DNA from: an uncultured bacterium | Lineage (GTDB): Bacteria > Omnitrophota > Omnitrophia > Omnitrophales > Danuiimicrobiaceae | Length of the DNA stretch: 62,860 bases | Direction: 5' to 3' | NCBI GenBank assembly: GCA_964373885.1 | Contig: CAYJWM010000003.1 | Coordinates: 1-62,860, forward strand | Shown here: positions 17,003 to 25,751 of the stretch, piece after piece | Numbering within the stretch: position 1 is the stretch's first letter | Layout of the letters: each line of letters begins with the position of its first letter | Position numbers and translations under genes: made by a program | Notes under the pieces: model-generated | The model's input: the letters and a program-made list of their open reading frames with translations, nothing else | Told to the model about the DNA's origin: nothing | Database searches by the model: none

Positions 17003-19238
17003 AAAAAAATCAAAAATCTCACCCGCAAAGGCAAAAGAAAAAACCGTAGCAGCCGCACGGACCAAAATAAAAACAGTTTCTACGCAGACGGCAGCGAAGC
17101 AGTCGTCCGAGGCGGCCGTGAAAGAAAAAACTTCGGTTTCGAAGCCAGCAGCGAAAAAACTCGAGATGTTAAAAGCAGAACCCACTTCGAAAATTTTGCA
17201 AGCCAAACCGATCGCTGTAAAACCGCAGGTCACGAAAAAGAAAACACCCGCCCCGCCCGTTAAAGCAGCGAAGCAGTCGTCTACGACGACTGCCCAACGG
17301 GTGGGACTGTCGTCCGAGACGGCAGTGGCGAAACCCGCGCCGCAGAAAAAAGAAGGACCGGCCATGAAAGTTCAAGTGCCCCCCAAACCGGCCGAAGCAC
17401 CAAAGCCGTCTCCCAAAGGTTCTTCGCCCGCGCAGGCGCAAGTTGCCGAAGAATCGAAGCCCCAGAAAGCAGCGGCTCCCCCGATTCAGATTGAAATGCC
17501 CATTACGGTCGGTGCGCTGGCACGAAAGTTAAATATTCGCGTTTCCGAACTGATCAAGTTATTAATCGGGCTCGGTGTATTTGCCAATGTGAACCAGCTC
17601 TTGAATGAAGAAATCATCCGGCGTGTGGCAGGGGTGCTTGGGGTTTCGATTGAGAAGCTCGAAGATAAAGAAGCCGCTTCCATTCTGGAAGATCAGGAGG
17701 CGGACTCAAGTCAATTGGAATTGCGGCCTCCCGTGGTCACCATGATGGGTCATGTGGATCACGGCAAAACCAGTCTTTTGGATGCCATTCGCAGCTCTGA
17801 CGTGGCCTCAAAGGAAGCGGGTCAGATTACCCAGCATATCGGCGCGTACGGGGTGGATATTGCCGGGAAAGGCCATGTGACATTTCTGGATACGCCCGGC
17901 CATGAAGCGTTTACGGCCATGCGCTCGCGCGGGGCCAATGTGACGGATGTGGTGGTGCTTGTCGTGGCGGCCGATGACGGCGTGAAGCCGCAAACCATCG
18001 AGGCGATCGCGCATGCGCGCGCCGCCGGCTGTCCGATCGTGGTGGCCATGAATAAAAGCGATCTCCCCAATGCGAATCCCGACCGCGTGATGGCCCAATT
18101 GCAGAAACTTGATCTGATGCCGGAAGAATGGGGCGGGAAAACCATTTGTGTCAAAGTTTCCGCAAAAACCGGCACGGGAATCAGCCAATTGCTTGAATTA
18201 TTGCTTTTGGAAGCCGAAGTGTTGGAATTAAAAGCCAATCCCCATCGCTTGGCTCAGGGGACCGTGATTGAAGCGAAGCTGACCAAAGGCCAGGGGAACG
18301 TGGTGACGGTTCTTGTCCAGAACGGCACCTTGAAAACGGGCGATCTGATCGTGGTCGGCCCGCATTACGGCAAAATCCGCGCGATGAAAAACGACCGCGG
18401 GAAAACAGTCAAGGAAGCGAAACCGTCTTATGCCGTAGAAGTGCTCGGCCTTTCCGGCACGCCGGAAGCGGGCGAGGTATTTAGAGTTGTTCCCGACGAG
18501 AAAACAGCGCGAAAAATCGCCGAGAAACGGCTGCTGGAGCTTCGGGAAAAAGCGATCAAGGGTTTTCATACGAAACACCTTTCGCTTGAGGACTTGTACA
18601 GCCAAGTTCAGGAAGGCCGTGTCAAGGAGCTCAAGCTGATTGTGAAAGCGGATGTGCAGGGTTCCGCTGAGGCGCTCACACAATCTTTGGAACAAGCCAG
18701 TTCCGAAAAAATCCAGATCCGTGTGATTCACGGCGGCGTCGGCGGAATTAACGAATCCGACATTATGCTGGCCACCGCCTCCGATGCAATTGTGATCGGC
18801 TTTCATGTGAAGCCGGATGAGCGGGCGGAAGCTTTGGCTGAAAAAGAAGGGGTGGACATTCGGCTCTATAAAATTATTTACGAAGCGATCGAGGATGTGC
18901 GCAAAGCAATGGAAGGGCTTCTTGAGCCGACGCTCAAAGAAGTGGTGGAAGGACGGACGGAAATACGCCAGATTTTCCAGTCCTCAAAAATCGGGAAGAT
19001 CGGCGGCGCGTGGGTTCAAAAAGGCAAAATCGCCCGGAATCATCAAGTGCGCGTGTTGCGCAACAACATCATTGTATTTGAAGGAAAGCTCAGTTCGCTC
19101 AAGCGGTTCAAAGACGACGTGCGTGAAGTACAGGAAGGTTATGACTGCGGCGTGGTCGTCTCCGGCTTTGACGCTTTGCAAGTGGGTGATGTGATTGAGT
19201 CGTACCGGATTGAAAAGGTGGCAGGCAAATTAACCTGA
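16992..19238 (+). CDS. infB: translation initiation factor IF-2
   Basis: The ORF is open from 16932, but the ATG at 16992 (MAIRKKSK) overlaps the nusA end by 11 nt and is the likelier start. K/A/P-rich N-terminal region, GTPase motifs GHVDHGKT, DTPGH and NKSD, and a C-terminal beta-barrel. Confidence 0.93.
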   Translation: MAIRKKSKISPAKAKEKTVAAARTKIKTVSTQTAAKQSSEAAVKEKTSVSKPAAKKLEMLKAEPTSKILQAKPIAVKPQVTKKKTPAPPVKAAKQSSTTTAQRVGLSSETAVAKPAPQKKEGPAMKVQVPPKPAEAPKPSPKGSSPAQAQVAEESKPQKAAAPPIQIEMPITVGALARKLNIRVSELIKLLIGLGVFANVNQLLNEEIIRRVAGVLGVSIEKLEDKEAASILEDQEADSSQLELRPPVVTMMGHVDHGKTSLLDAIRSSDVASKEAGQITQHIGAYGVDIAGKGHVTFLDTPGHEAFTAMRSRGANVTDVVVLVVAADDGVKPQTIEAIAHARAAGCPIVVAMNKSDLPNANPDRVMAQLQKLDLMPEEWGGKTICVKVSAKTGTGISQLLELLLLEAEVLELKANPHRLAQGTVIEAKLTKGQGNVVTVLVQNGTLKTGDLIVVGPHYGKIRAMKNDRGKTVKEAKPSYAVEVLGLSGTPEAGEVFRVVPDEKTARKIAEKRLLELREKAIKGFHTKHLSLEDLYSQVQEGRVKELKLIVKADVQGSAEALTQSLEQASSEKIQIRVIHGGVGGINESDIMLATASDAIVIGFHVKPDERAEALAEKEGVDIRLYKIIYEAIEDVRKAMEGLLEPTLKEVVEGRTEIRQIFQSSKIGKIGGAWVQKGKIARNHQVRVLRNNIIVFEGKLSSLKRFKDDVREVQEGYDCGVVVSGFDALQVGDVIESYRIEKVAGKLT

Positions 19239-19239
19239 T

Positions 19240-19530
19240 ATGAGCTCTGTGACCATCGGTGTCATGCGTTTGGATCTGCGCTTTCCCGAGCCGCAGTCGC
19301 TTAAAGGAAAAAGAATGCTGCTCAAAAGTTTGACGGACCGAACGCGCAAACAATTTAATGTGGCCGTTTCCGAGCTGGACGGAATGGATTTGTGGCAGAC
19401 CAGTTTGATTGCGGTCGCGTCGGTGGCGCGAGATTCGGCACGCGTCCATCAGATTTTATCGCATGTGCTTGAATTTATCCGCAAAGAACGAAATGTGGAA
19501 GTCATCAAGGAAAGTTTGGAGCTATTTTGA
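19240..19530 (+). CDS. DUF503 (YlxP-like) protein
   Basis: 96 aa. Occupies the conserved position between infB and rbfA. The N-terminus VMRLDLRFPEPQSLKGKR is typical of DUF503. Confidence 0.75.
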   Translation: MSSVTIGVMRLDLRFPEPQSLKGKRMLLKSLTDRTRKQFNVAVSELDGMDLWQTSLIAVASVARDSARVHQILSHVLEFIRKERNVEVIKESLELF

Positions 19531-19612
19531 GCCCTCAATGGTTTTTCGAGGGCTCACCCCAGCCCCATAGGGGCGTGGGGTTACCTTAGAAAGGTGAAAT
19601 GGTATTTTAACG

Positions 19613-19972
19613 ATGCAGTCCAAGCGCGCCGCGCGCGCCGCGGCTTTGATTCAGGAACATTTGGCGTATGTGCTCGCTTATCGGATCCGGGATCCGCGCG
19701 TGGGGTTTGCCACCGTCACGCATGTGGAGCTCAGCGACGATTTGAAATATGCCCGCGTTTTTTACAGCGTCATGGGCGATGAGACCCAAAAGCAGAAAAC
19801 GGCCGTGGGTTTGGAGCAAGCAAAGGGATTTCTTCAGAAGGGCCTGGGCGAACATTTGAAACTGCGTTTTACGCCGCATCTGGATTTTTTACTGGACGAT
19901 TCTTTTGAGCAGGGTATGAAAATCGACGGAATCATACAAAAATTAAATGAAGAAAAGCAAAATCATTTCTAA
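19613..19972 (+). CDS. rbfA: 30S ribosome-binding factor RbfA
   Basis: 119 aa. KRAARAAALIQEHLAYVL...DPRVGFATVTHVELSDDLKYARVFYS is the RbfA KH-like core. Confidence 0.9.
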   Translation: MQSKRAARAAALIQEHLAYVLAYRIRDPRVGFATVTHVELSDDLKYARVFYSVMGDETQKQKTAVGLEQAKGFLQKGLGEHLKLRFTPHLDFLLDDSFEQGMKIDGIIQKLNEEKQNHF

Positions 19973-21008
19973 TCATTCGCTTGCGTCTTCGCTGCCGTCT
20001 CAGGCGGCCGCTTCGCTGGCCGGTTTCTGCAAGGCCTTGAAGCAAAAGAAGAATATTCTTTTGGCGTCGCACGTCAATCCGGAAGGGGACGCCATCGGTT
20101 CGGTTTTGGCATTGGAGTCGCTCCTCAGGCGTCTTGGCAAAAAAACCATGGTGGCCTGTGAAGACGTTTTCCCTAGCCGCCTGAGATGTCTTCCGAGTGA
20201 TCGCTGGAACCGGGCTCAGGACATCCCGGCGGGCAAGACGTTCGATGCTTTGGTGGTGGCTGACTGCCCGACTTTGGAGCGGATCGGCGCCGTTCAAAAT
20301 TTAATCGGGCCCCAGACGGAAATTTTTAATATCGATCATCATGTGACAAACACGCTGTTCGGGCATTTCAATTACATTCATCCGCAGGCGGCCGCGTGCG
20401 GGGAAGTGGTGTATGACATTTTCCGGCATTTCAAGATGAAGATTAAAAAAGAAGAGGCCACCGCGCTTTATGTGGCCATTACCACGGATACGGGCTCGTT
20501 TAAATACAGCAATGCGACGGTAAAATCACATAAAATCGCTTCCGAACTGATTCAGACCGGAATCGATGTTGAAAAAATCAGCGACGAGCTTTATGCCACC
20601 TATTCCCTTGAAAAAATACAATTGTATAGTCTTTTGCTGGCCAAAGTCCGCACGGATCGTCAGGGGACGATTGCCTGGGTGGAATTGACCCGTGATGATT
20701 TGAAACGTTCGGGCGGAAGCTATGAAGACAGCGAAGGGTTTATTGATTTCTTAAAGTATTTGCGTGAAGTTCGGTTTGCATTTCTGCTCACCGAACTCGA
20801 AGCGCCCCCTCCGGGGAAAGCGCGCGTGTCTTTTCGTTCCAAGGGCGGTTATGATGTCGCTAAAATCGCGGCTTATTTCGGAGGCGGAGGCCATAAAAAG
20901 GCGGCCGGATGCACCGTGGCCGGAGCTCTTTCGGAAGTGACCCAAAAAATATTGGAGCGCATTTATGATGCGTTTGAAAATCAGAATTCTAAGGAAAAGG
21001 TCCGATGA
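19947..21008 (+). CDS. DHH/DHHA1 family phosphoesterase (NrnA-like)
   Basis: 353 aa with DHH motifs (HVNPEGDAIGS, NIDHH) and a DHHA1 GGGGHKKAAG motif. Lies in the rbfA-truB interval as in many bacteria. Confidence 0.85.
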   Translation: MKKSKIISNHSLASSLPSQAAASLAGFCKALKQKKNILLASHVNPEGDAIGSVLALESLLRRLGKKTMVACEDVFPSRLRCLPSDRWNRAQDIPAGKTFDALVVADCPTLERIGAVQNLIGPQTEIFNIDHHVTNTLFGHFNYIHPQAAACGEVVYDIFRHFKMKIKKEEATALYVAITTDTGSFKYSNATVKSHKIASELIQTGIDVEKISDELYATYSLEKIQLYSLLLAKVRTDRQGTIAWVELTRDDLKRSGGSYEDSEGFIDFLKYLREVRFAFLLTELEAPPPGKARVSFRSKGGYDVAKIAAYFGGGGHKKAAGCTVAGALSEVTQKILERIYDAFENQNSKEKVR

Positions 21009-21736
21009 AAACACTTGAGCGACCGGCAGACGGTTTTCGAACAGACATTCACGGAGTTCTGGTCGTGGACAAAGAAAAGGGATGGACGTCGCATGATGTT
21101 TGCGCTTTTGTCCGAAGCCGTTTCCGCCTTTCCAAAGTCGGCCATGCGGGCACGCTGGATCCAATGGCCACTGGAGTGCTTGTCGTTTTGCTCGGCAATG
21201 CGACCAAACGGTCCCAGGCGCTTTCTTCCTGCGACAAAGATTATTTCGGAACTGTTCGGCTCGGGATTCAAACCGATACGCACGACATTACGGGGAAAAT
21301 GTTGAAAGAGGGAAATTGGGATTCACTTTCCGGCGATCGAATCCAAGAGGTGTTTCGCCAGTTCACGGGCCAGCTCGAGCAGACGCCGCCCATGGTTTCG
21401 GCATTGAAGCACAAAGGGGTCCGGCTGTACAAAATTGCGCGGGCCGGGAAAACCGTGGAGCGTCCCAAGCGGCTTGTCACGGTACATGAATTGAGGATTG
21501 AAGAGATCCAACTGCCGGAAATTCATTTTTTCGCCCGCGTCTCCAAGGGGACGTACTTGCGGACACTGTTCAATGACCTGGGGGAACAATTGGGGTCGTT
21601 TGCGGTTTTGTCCGAACTGAGAAGGGTTCGGAGCGGGAGCTTCCGAATCGAAGATGCGGTAACGGTCGGTGCGCTTCGGAAACTGGCCAAAGAGGAGCTC
21701 CTCCAGCTGATTCGCCGGCCGATTGCAGCAGCGTAA
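21005..21736 (+). CDS. truB: tRNA pseudouridine(55) synthase
   Basis: 243 aa with the catalytic block KVGHAGTLDPMATGVL. ATGA overlap with the upstream gene. Confidence 0.92.
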   Translation: MKTLERPADGFRTDIHGVLVVDKEKGWTSHDVCAFVRSRFRLSKVGHAGTLDPMATGVLVVLLGNATKRSQALSSCDKDYFGTVRLGIQTDTHDITGKMLKEGNWDSLSGDRIQEVFRQFTGQLEQTPPMVSALKHKGVRLYKIARAGKTVERPKRLVTVHELRIEEIQLPEIHFFARVSKGTYLRTLFNDLGEQLGSFAVLSELRRVRSGSFRIEDAVTVGALRKLAKEELLQLIRRPIAAA

Positions 21737-22728
21737 TGCTCATTGTTACCGATTTAAGCAGTTTTGATAAGCGTTCTTGTCCTGATTTGGTGGTAGCGCT
21801 CGGCAATTTTGACGGCGTGCATTTGGGGCATCACGAGATTTTGCGTCTCATCCGTTCACGCGCTCGCAAGCTCGGAGGGCGGGCGGGTGTGTTTACGTTT
21901 CGCGAGCACCCTCAGCGGGTGTTGCATGCCGAAGAAAAGCCGGCAATTTTGACATCGCTCGTTCATAAATTATATTTATTGAACCGGACCGGCATTGATT
22001 TGTGTTTTTTGATGGAGTTCACCGAGCAACTTTCTTTGAAAAGCCCGGAGGCGTTTGTGCGCGAGATTTTACTCGGTTCCGTCGGCGCGCGTGAAATTTG
22101 TATGGGATTTAACGCCCGTTTCGGGCACAATCGCATAGGGGACAGTCGATTGATGAAACAGCTGGCCGAAACCGACGGGTTTGTGTTTCATGAAGCACCT
22201 CCATTTCAGCTGGAAGATACCGTGATTTCAAGCAGTGCGATCCGGACGCAAGTGCGGGCGGGAAAGCTTGACGAAGCCGCGCGGTTTTTGGGCCGTCCCT
22301 ATTCGTTTTTTGGAACGGTGGTCACGGGCGCTGGGCGCGGAAAAGCGCTTGGGTTCCCGACCGCCAATCTGGATCCGCATAGCGAGGTGATGCCGCCCGA
22401 AGGAGTGTATGTGTGCTGGGTCCGGGCGCTGGATTGCGAGCTTAAGGCGGCAGACAAGGGATTGACCGAACTTCGGGTACGGGAAGAGTCAAAGCGTTTC
22501 CAAGCCCTTTTAAATTACGGCATCCGGCCGACATTTGGAGGCATCGGAAAAGCGGTGCCGGAAGTATATATTTTGGATTTTAAGGGTGATCTTTCGAACA
22601 AAACAGTTGAAGTCGTGATCGGCGCGCGTTTACGCTCAGAGCGGAAATTTCCAGATCACCGGGCGCTCGTCAAGCAGATCGAAGACGATAAAATTCAAGC
22701 CCGAAAGTGGTTTGAACAGAACAAATGA
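21736..22728 (+). CDS. ribF: bifunctional riboflavin kinase / FMN adenylyltransferase
   Basis: 330 aa. N-terminal GNFDGVHLGH nucleotidyltransferase motif and C-terminal GFPTANL riboflavin kinase motif. Confidence 0.92.
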   Translation: MLIVTDLSSFDKRSCPDLVVALGNFDGVHLGHHEILRLIRSRARKLGGRAGVFTFREHPQRVLHAEEKPAILTSLVHKLYLLNRTGIDLCFLMEFTEQLSLKSPEAFVREILLGSVGAREICMGFNARFGHNRIGDSRLMKQLAETDGFVFHEAPPFQLEDTVISSSAIRTQVRAGKLDEAARFLGRPYSFFGTVVTGAGRGKALGFPTANLDPHSEVMPPEGVYVCWVRALDCELKAADKGLTELRVREESKRFQALLNYGIRPTFGGIGKAVPEVYILDFKGDLSNKTVEVVIGARLRSERKFPDHRALVKQIEDDKIQARKWFEQNK

Positions 22729-22729
22729 G

Positions 22730-22752
22730 ATCCGCCGCAAAGCGCGGCGGAT
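22730..22752 (+). terminator. GC-rich hairpin immediately after ribF (no T tract)
   Basis: Perfect 9-bp stem ATCCGCCGC/GCGGCGGAT with a 5-nt loop. Not followed by a U-run, so it may be a processing or stability element rather than a terminator. Confidence 0.35.
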
Positions 22753-22809
22753 TCAATTCGCGCAAGCAACTTACGGGACGTAAGGGGTGCGTTCCTTGAA
22801 GGAGGAAGT

Positions 22810-23079
22810 ATGTCACTTACAAAGGAAAAGAAAACAGCCGTCATTAAAAAGTTTCAGAAAGGCGCCAAAGACAGCGGTTCCTGCGAAGTGCAGATCGCTT
22901 TGTTGACGACCCGGATCAATGAGCTGACGCAGCATTTCAAAACCCATGTCAAAGACCATCATTCCAGATTCGGTCTTATTCGGATGGTTGAACGGCGGAA
23001 GCGGCTTTTGAAGTATTTGGAACGGGAATACCCCGTGCGTTATCAGACGCTCATTAAAGAACTGGATTTGAGAAAATGA
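22810..23079 (+). CDS. rpsO: 30S ribosomal protein S15
   Basis: 89 aa with GGAGG Shine-Dalgarno. Sequence ...GSCEVQIALLTTRINELTQHFKTHVKDHHSRFGLIRMV... is canonical S15. Confidence 0.97.
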   Translation: MSLTKEKKTAVIKKFQKGAKDSGSCEVQIALLTTRINELTQHFKTHVKDHHSRFGLIRMVERRKRLLKYLEREYPVRYQTLIKELDLRK

Positions 23080-23101
23080 CTGCGCAAAAAACCGCGCAGT
23101 C
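23078..23101 (+). promoter_or_regulatory. 8-bp hairpin overlapping the rpsO stop, in the rpsO-pnp leader
   Basis: GACTGCGC-aaaaaacc-GCGCAGTC. Its position is analogous to the rpsO terminator / pnp leader processing hairpin of other bacteria. Confidence 0.35.
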
Positions 23102-23130
23102 ATCCTGAGGGCCGAAGGCCCGAAGGATCT
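23099..23130. repeat. half copy of the GTCATCCTGAG...GAAGGATCT palindromic repeat family
   Basis: GTCATCCTGAGGGCCGAAGGCCCGAAGGATCT shares both end blocks with the left arm of the elements at 39454 and 40899. Confidence 0.6.
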
Positions 23131-23161
23131 AGCGACTAAAGAAAGAACAGGTGAAAAGAAC

Positions 23162-25261
23162 ATGACCACACGAATGAGCACGAAATTAGGCCAAACCGAA
23201 ATTATTTTAGAAACCGGACGCATGGCAAAGCAATCCGACGCCGCTGTGCTGGTGCAAATGGGCGGGACTGTGGTGTTGACCACCGCCGTAGGCGCAAAGG
23301 AGCTGGACGAGGAGCGGGATTTTTTCCCGCTCACGGTGGATTACCGCGAAAAAACGTACGCCGCGGGCAAAATCCCGGGCGGCTTTTTCAAGCGCGAAGG
23401 ACGGCCCACGGAAAAGGAAATTTTGACCTCCCGGCTGATCGACCGTCCCTTAAGACCTCTTTTTCCGGAGCATTATTTAAATGAGGTACAGATCATGTCT
23501 ACCGTTCTTTCGGCGGACGGTGAGAACAACCCGGATCTTTTGGCCATTCTGGGCGCTTCGGCTGCGCTCATGATTTCGCCCATTCCGTATCACATCCCGA
23601 TCGGGGCCGTCCGCATCGGGCGGGTGAAAGATGCCTGGGTGGTCAATCCCACCTACGCCCAGCTTGAGGAAAGTTCGCTTGATCTCGTTGTGGCGGCGAC
23701 AAAAGAGAATGTGATGATGATCGAAGGCGGAGCCGAAGAAATTCTAGAAGATCAAATGCTGGAAGCGATCGGGCTCGCACGCGACCAAATCAAAACGCTG
23801 GTGGATGTGCAGCAAAAACTGGTTGAACTTGCCGGGAAACCGAAAGACAAAGTGGAGCCCAAGATTGTTTCGGATGAAATCCGGAAAAAAGTGGAAAAAC
23901 ACGCGAAAGACAAGTTTCTTGAAATCTTCCGCTTAAAGACAAAGGAAAAGCGCAATGAGGGCCGCGGCGCTCTTTATAAAGAAGTACTCGGCCTTTTTGA
24001 TGCGACAGACCCAAAGTTTAACGCAAGGCATGTCAAAACGGTATATGATCAGCTGGAAGAAAATGCGGTTCGTTCGCTTATCTTGGATCACAATCAGCGG
24101 CCGGACGGGCGCGGATTTAAAGAATTCCGCACGGTGACTTGCGAAGTAGGCGTGCTCCCGAGAACGCATGGTTCCGCGCTTTTCACGCGCGGTGAAACCC
24201 AGTCGCTTTCGGTTGCAACGCTGGGGACCAGCCGCGATGAACAGAAAATCGATGCTTTGGAAGGTGAGATTTTCAAGCGGTTCATGCTGCATTATAATTT
24301 CCCCCCTTTCAGCGTCGGAGAAATCGGCCCGAACCGCGGCCCCGGGCGGCGCGAGATCGGGCATGGCGCATTGGCCGAGAGGGCGCTACGGTCTGTCATG
24401 CCGACAGAAGAAGAATTTCCTTATGCCGTGCGTTTGGTTTCCGATATTTTGGAATCCAACGGTTCCAGCTCGATGGCCACGGTGTGCGGCGGAACGCTTG
24501 CCCTCATGGATGCCGGTGTTCCGATCAAAGAGCCGGTCAGCGGAGTAGCCATGGGATTGGTCAAAGAAGGAGCCAAGTGGAAAGTGCTGACCGATATTGC
24601 CGGCGTTGAGGACCATTTGGGCGACATGGATTTTAAAGTGGCCGGCACGCGCAAGGGAATTACCGCCATTCAAATGGACATTAAAATCGGCGGGGTCACC
24701 GGAGAAATTTTAAAGACGGCGCTTCAAGACGCCAAGGAAGCCCGGCTGAGCATCCTCGATATTATGGTGAAAACCATTTCCTCGCCGCGCGAGGAACTTT
24801 CGGCTTATGCGCCGCGCATCACCATGCTTCGCATCAACCCCGCAAAAATCGGCGAACTCATCGGCCCCGGCGGTAAAAACATACGCAAAATCATCGAGGA
24901 AAGCGGGGCTTCGATTGACATCGAAGATGACGGTCGCGTGCTCGTAGCGTCAAGCGACCCCAAGGCCTCCAAGCTCGCGATTGAGCGCATCAGCGCGATC
25001 GCCGAAGAAGCGGAAATCGGGAAAATTTATCAGGGAAAGGCAAAACGTATTATGGCCTTTGGCGTGTTCTGTGAAATTATGCCTGGGACGGAAGGCCTGG
25101 TCCATATTTCTGAACTTGCGGAAGGGTATGTGAAGAAGGTGGAAGACCACGTCAAGATCGGCGACGTGTTCCCGGTCAAGGTGGTCGGAATCGATGATCA
25201 AGGAAGGATTAATTTAAGCCGGAAACAGGCCATGAAGGTGCTTGACCCGCAGCAGTCCTAA
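23162..25261 (+). CDS. pnp: polyribonucleotide nucleotidyltransferase (PNPase)
   Basis: 699 aa with two RNase PH-like domains and C-terminal KH and S1 domains. rpsO-pnp synteny. Confidence 0.96.
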   Translation: MTTRMSTKLGQTEIILETGRMAKQSDAAVLVQMGGTVVLTTAVGAKELDEERDFFPLTVDYREKTYAAGKIPGGFFKREGRPTEKEILTSRLIDRPLRPLFPEHYLNEVQIMSTVLSADGENNPDLLAILGASAALMISPIPYHIPIGAVRIGRVKDAWVVNPTYAQLEESSLDLVVAATKENVMMIEGGAEEILEDQMLEAIGLARDQIKTLVDVQQKLVELAGKPKDKVEPKIVSDEIRKKVEKHAKDKFLEIFRLKTKEKRNEGRGALYKEVLGLFDATDPKFNARHVKTVYDQLEENAVRSLILDHNQRPDGRGFKEFRTVTCEVGVLPRTHGSALFTRGETQSLSVATLGTSRDEQKIDALEGEIFKRFMLHYNFPPFSVGEIGPNRGPGRREIGHGALAERALRSVMPTEEEFPYAVRLVSDILESNGSSSMATVCGGTLALMDAGVPIKEPVSGVAMGLVKEGAKWKVLTDIAGVEDHLGDMDFKVAGTRKGITAIQMDIKIGGVTGEILKTALQDAKEARLSILDIMVKTISSPREELSAYAPRITMLRINPAKIGELIGPGGKNIRKIIEESGASIDIEDDGRVLVASSDPKASKLAIERISAIAEEAEIGKIYQGKAKRIMAFGVFCEIMPGTEGLVHISELAEGYVKKVEDHVKIGDVFPVKVVGIDDQGRINLSRKQAMKVLDPQQS

Positions 25262-25277
25262 TGTTCCGGTAAACGTT

Positions 25278-25733
25278 ATGTCCGTTGAGTCCGTTGAAAT
25301 CGCCATCAAGCGTTTCCCCCATCATGACAGCTTAGAACTTCCTGTCTACAAGAGTCACGGCTCAAGTGGTATGGATTTGCAGGCCGCAGTTGATCATGAC
25401 CTTGTGGTTCAACCGGGGGAGCGTGTTTTAGTTCCTACCGGTCTTGCCATCGGGCTCCCTCCCGGTTTTGAAGCCCAGATCCGGCCCCGAAGCGGCCTCG
25501 CCATTCACAGCGGAATCGGCCTCCTGAATGCACCGGGCACCATTGATTCCGATTATCGCGGGGAAATTAAAATCATTTTGATTAATTTGGGCCAGGCGCC
25601 TTTTATTGTTAAAAGAGGGCTCAGAATCGCCCAAATGGTGATTGCCCGCTGCGTGGCCGCGGATTTCAAGATTGTGTCCGATTTGGACGTTACACTAAGA
25701 AATGACGGCGGTTTTGGGCATACGGGGCTCTAA
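25278..25733 (+). CDS. dut: dUTP diphosphatase
   Basis: The ORF is open from 25242, but the ATG at 25278 (MSVESVEI) is the likely start. Motifs GSSGMDL, RSGLA and [10 protein letters not shown] are present. Confidence 0.9.
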   Translation: MSVESVEIAIKRFPHHDSLELPVYKSHGSSGMDLQAAVDHDLVVQPGERVLVPTGLAIGLPPGFEAQIRPRSGLAIHSGIGLLNAPGTIDSDYRGEIKIILINLGQAPFIVKRGLRIAQMVIARCVAADFKIVSDLDVTLRNDGGFGHTGL

Positions 25734-25751
25734 CGCGGTTCGGGAGCTTGA

